From Desulfobacteraceae bacterium (GTDB lineage Bacteria; Desulfobacterota; Desulfobacteria; Desulfobacterales; DAOWNP01), in the NCBI GenBank assembly GCA_030642545.1, contig DAOWNP010000001.1:1-35518 (forward strand): a stretch of DNA of 35,518 nt, read 5' to 3'. Every line of letters starts with the position of its first letter. Within the stretch, counting starts at the first letter, position 1. Position numbers and translations under genes: made by a program. The notes beneath the pieces are model-generated. The model did not search any database and was not told the DNA's origin. It worked only from the letters and a program-made list of their open reading frames with translations. Shown piece by piece: positions 35,434 through 35,518 of the stretch.

Positions 35434-35518
35434 TAAGGAACGTGGACAAAACATTTTCTGCAATTATACATAATAGATTCAGGTCATCTTTGCCCGATCT
35501 AAAATCACAAAAACATCA
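35434..35518 (+). repeat. copy C of the dispersed intergenic repeat (truncated by window end)
   Basis: TAAGGAACGTGGACA is identical to 17331-17345. Similarity continues (..TGC.., ATTATACATAATAGATTCAG vs ATAATACATCATAGCTTCAG, ATCTT). Confidence 0.55.

Noticed and set aside
35041-35518. A prophage or integrative element inserted at tRNA-Leu(TAG).
   Set aside because: There is no integrase or phage gene. I could not find a direct repeat of the tRNA 3' end in the window. The flank in question lies on the 5' side of the tRNA, whereas integration usually targets the 3' end.

Overview
The window is a visibly AT-rich bacterial chromosomal segment. Its gene content and order look like a Desulfobacterota (deltaproteobacterial-type) anaerobe. 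The supporting signs are sigma-54 machinery, an NtrC-type regulator, a cytoplasmic PAS histidine kinase, a COG1900 homocysteine gene, CooC- and RACo-like genes, and tRNA-Leu-tig-clpP-clpX-lon. This taxonomic placement is inference only.

I call about 31 protein genes and 2 tRNA-Leu genes, in four blocks:
(i) 378-9915, minus strand: secreted hypothetical, tatD, NtrC-family regulator, pyrC-pyrB, lepB, COG1900 gene, M23 peptidase.
(ii) 10379-20559, plus strand: kdsA, then the classical kdsC-lptC-lptA-lptB-rpoN-hpf-ptsN-rapZ string, then PTS EIIA(Man)-gap-tpiA-secG-tRNA-Leu(GAG).
(iii) 20615-29178, mixed strands, less characterised: PAS histidine kinase; a CooC-like / PrmA-like / MBL / RACo-like four-gene operon; a 564-aa protein with a C-terminal nucleoside-phosphorylase fold; a small Arg-rich protein with a resolvase-type HTH.
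(iv) 29213-35128, minus strand: lon-clpX-clpP-tig-tRNA-Leu(TAG).

I see no CRISPR array, transposase, integrase, phage gene or recognisable defence system. Most of the window is ordinary core genome.

The items I consider worth a second look are:
- An ORF-free, repeat-dense 304-nt spacer starting right after the rapZ stop codon. Its first ~60 nt belong to a short dispersed intergenic repeat family, with other copies at 35434 and 28303.
- A GC-rich inverted doublet (REPIN-like) upstream of kdsA.
- The CooC/PrmA-like/MBL/cluster-less RACo-like operon, which has no CODH/ACS or corrinoid genes nearby.
- The phosphorylase-fold fusion protein and its divergent Arg-rich HTH neighbour.
- An open frame at the left edge that is split by an in-frame TGA followed by a perfect hairpin.

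None of these can be shown to be a new system from sequence alone. Functional statements are homology or motif recognition by eye, not database searches.
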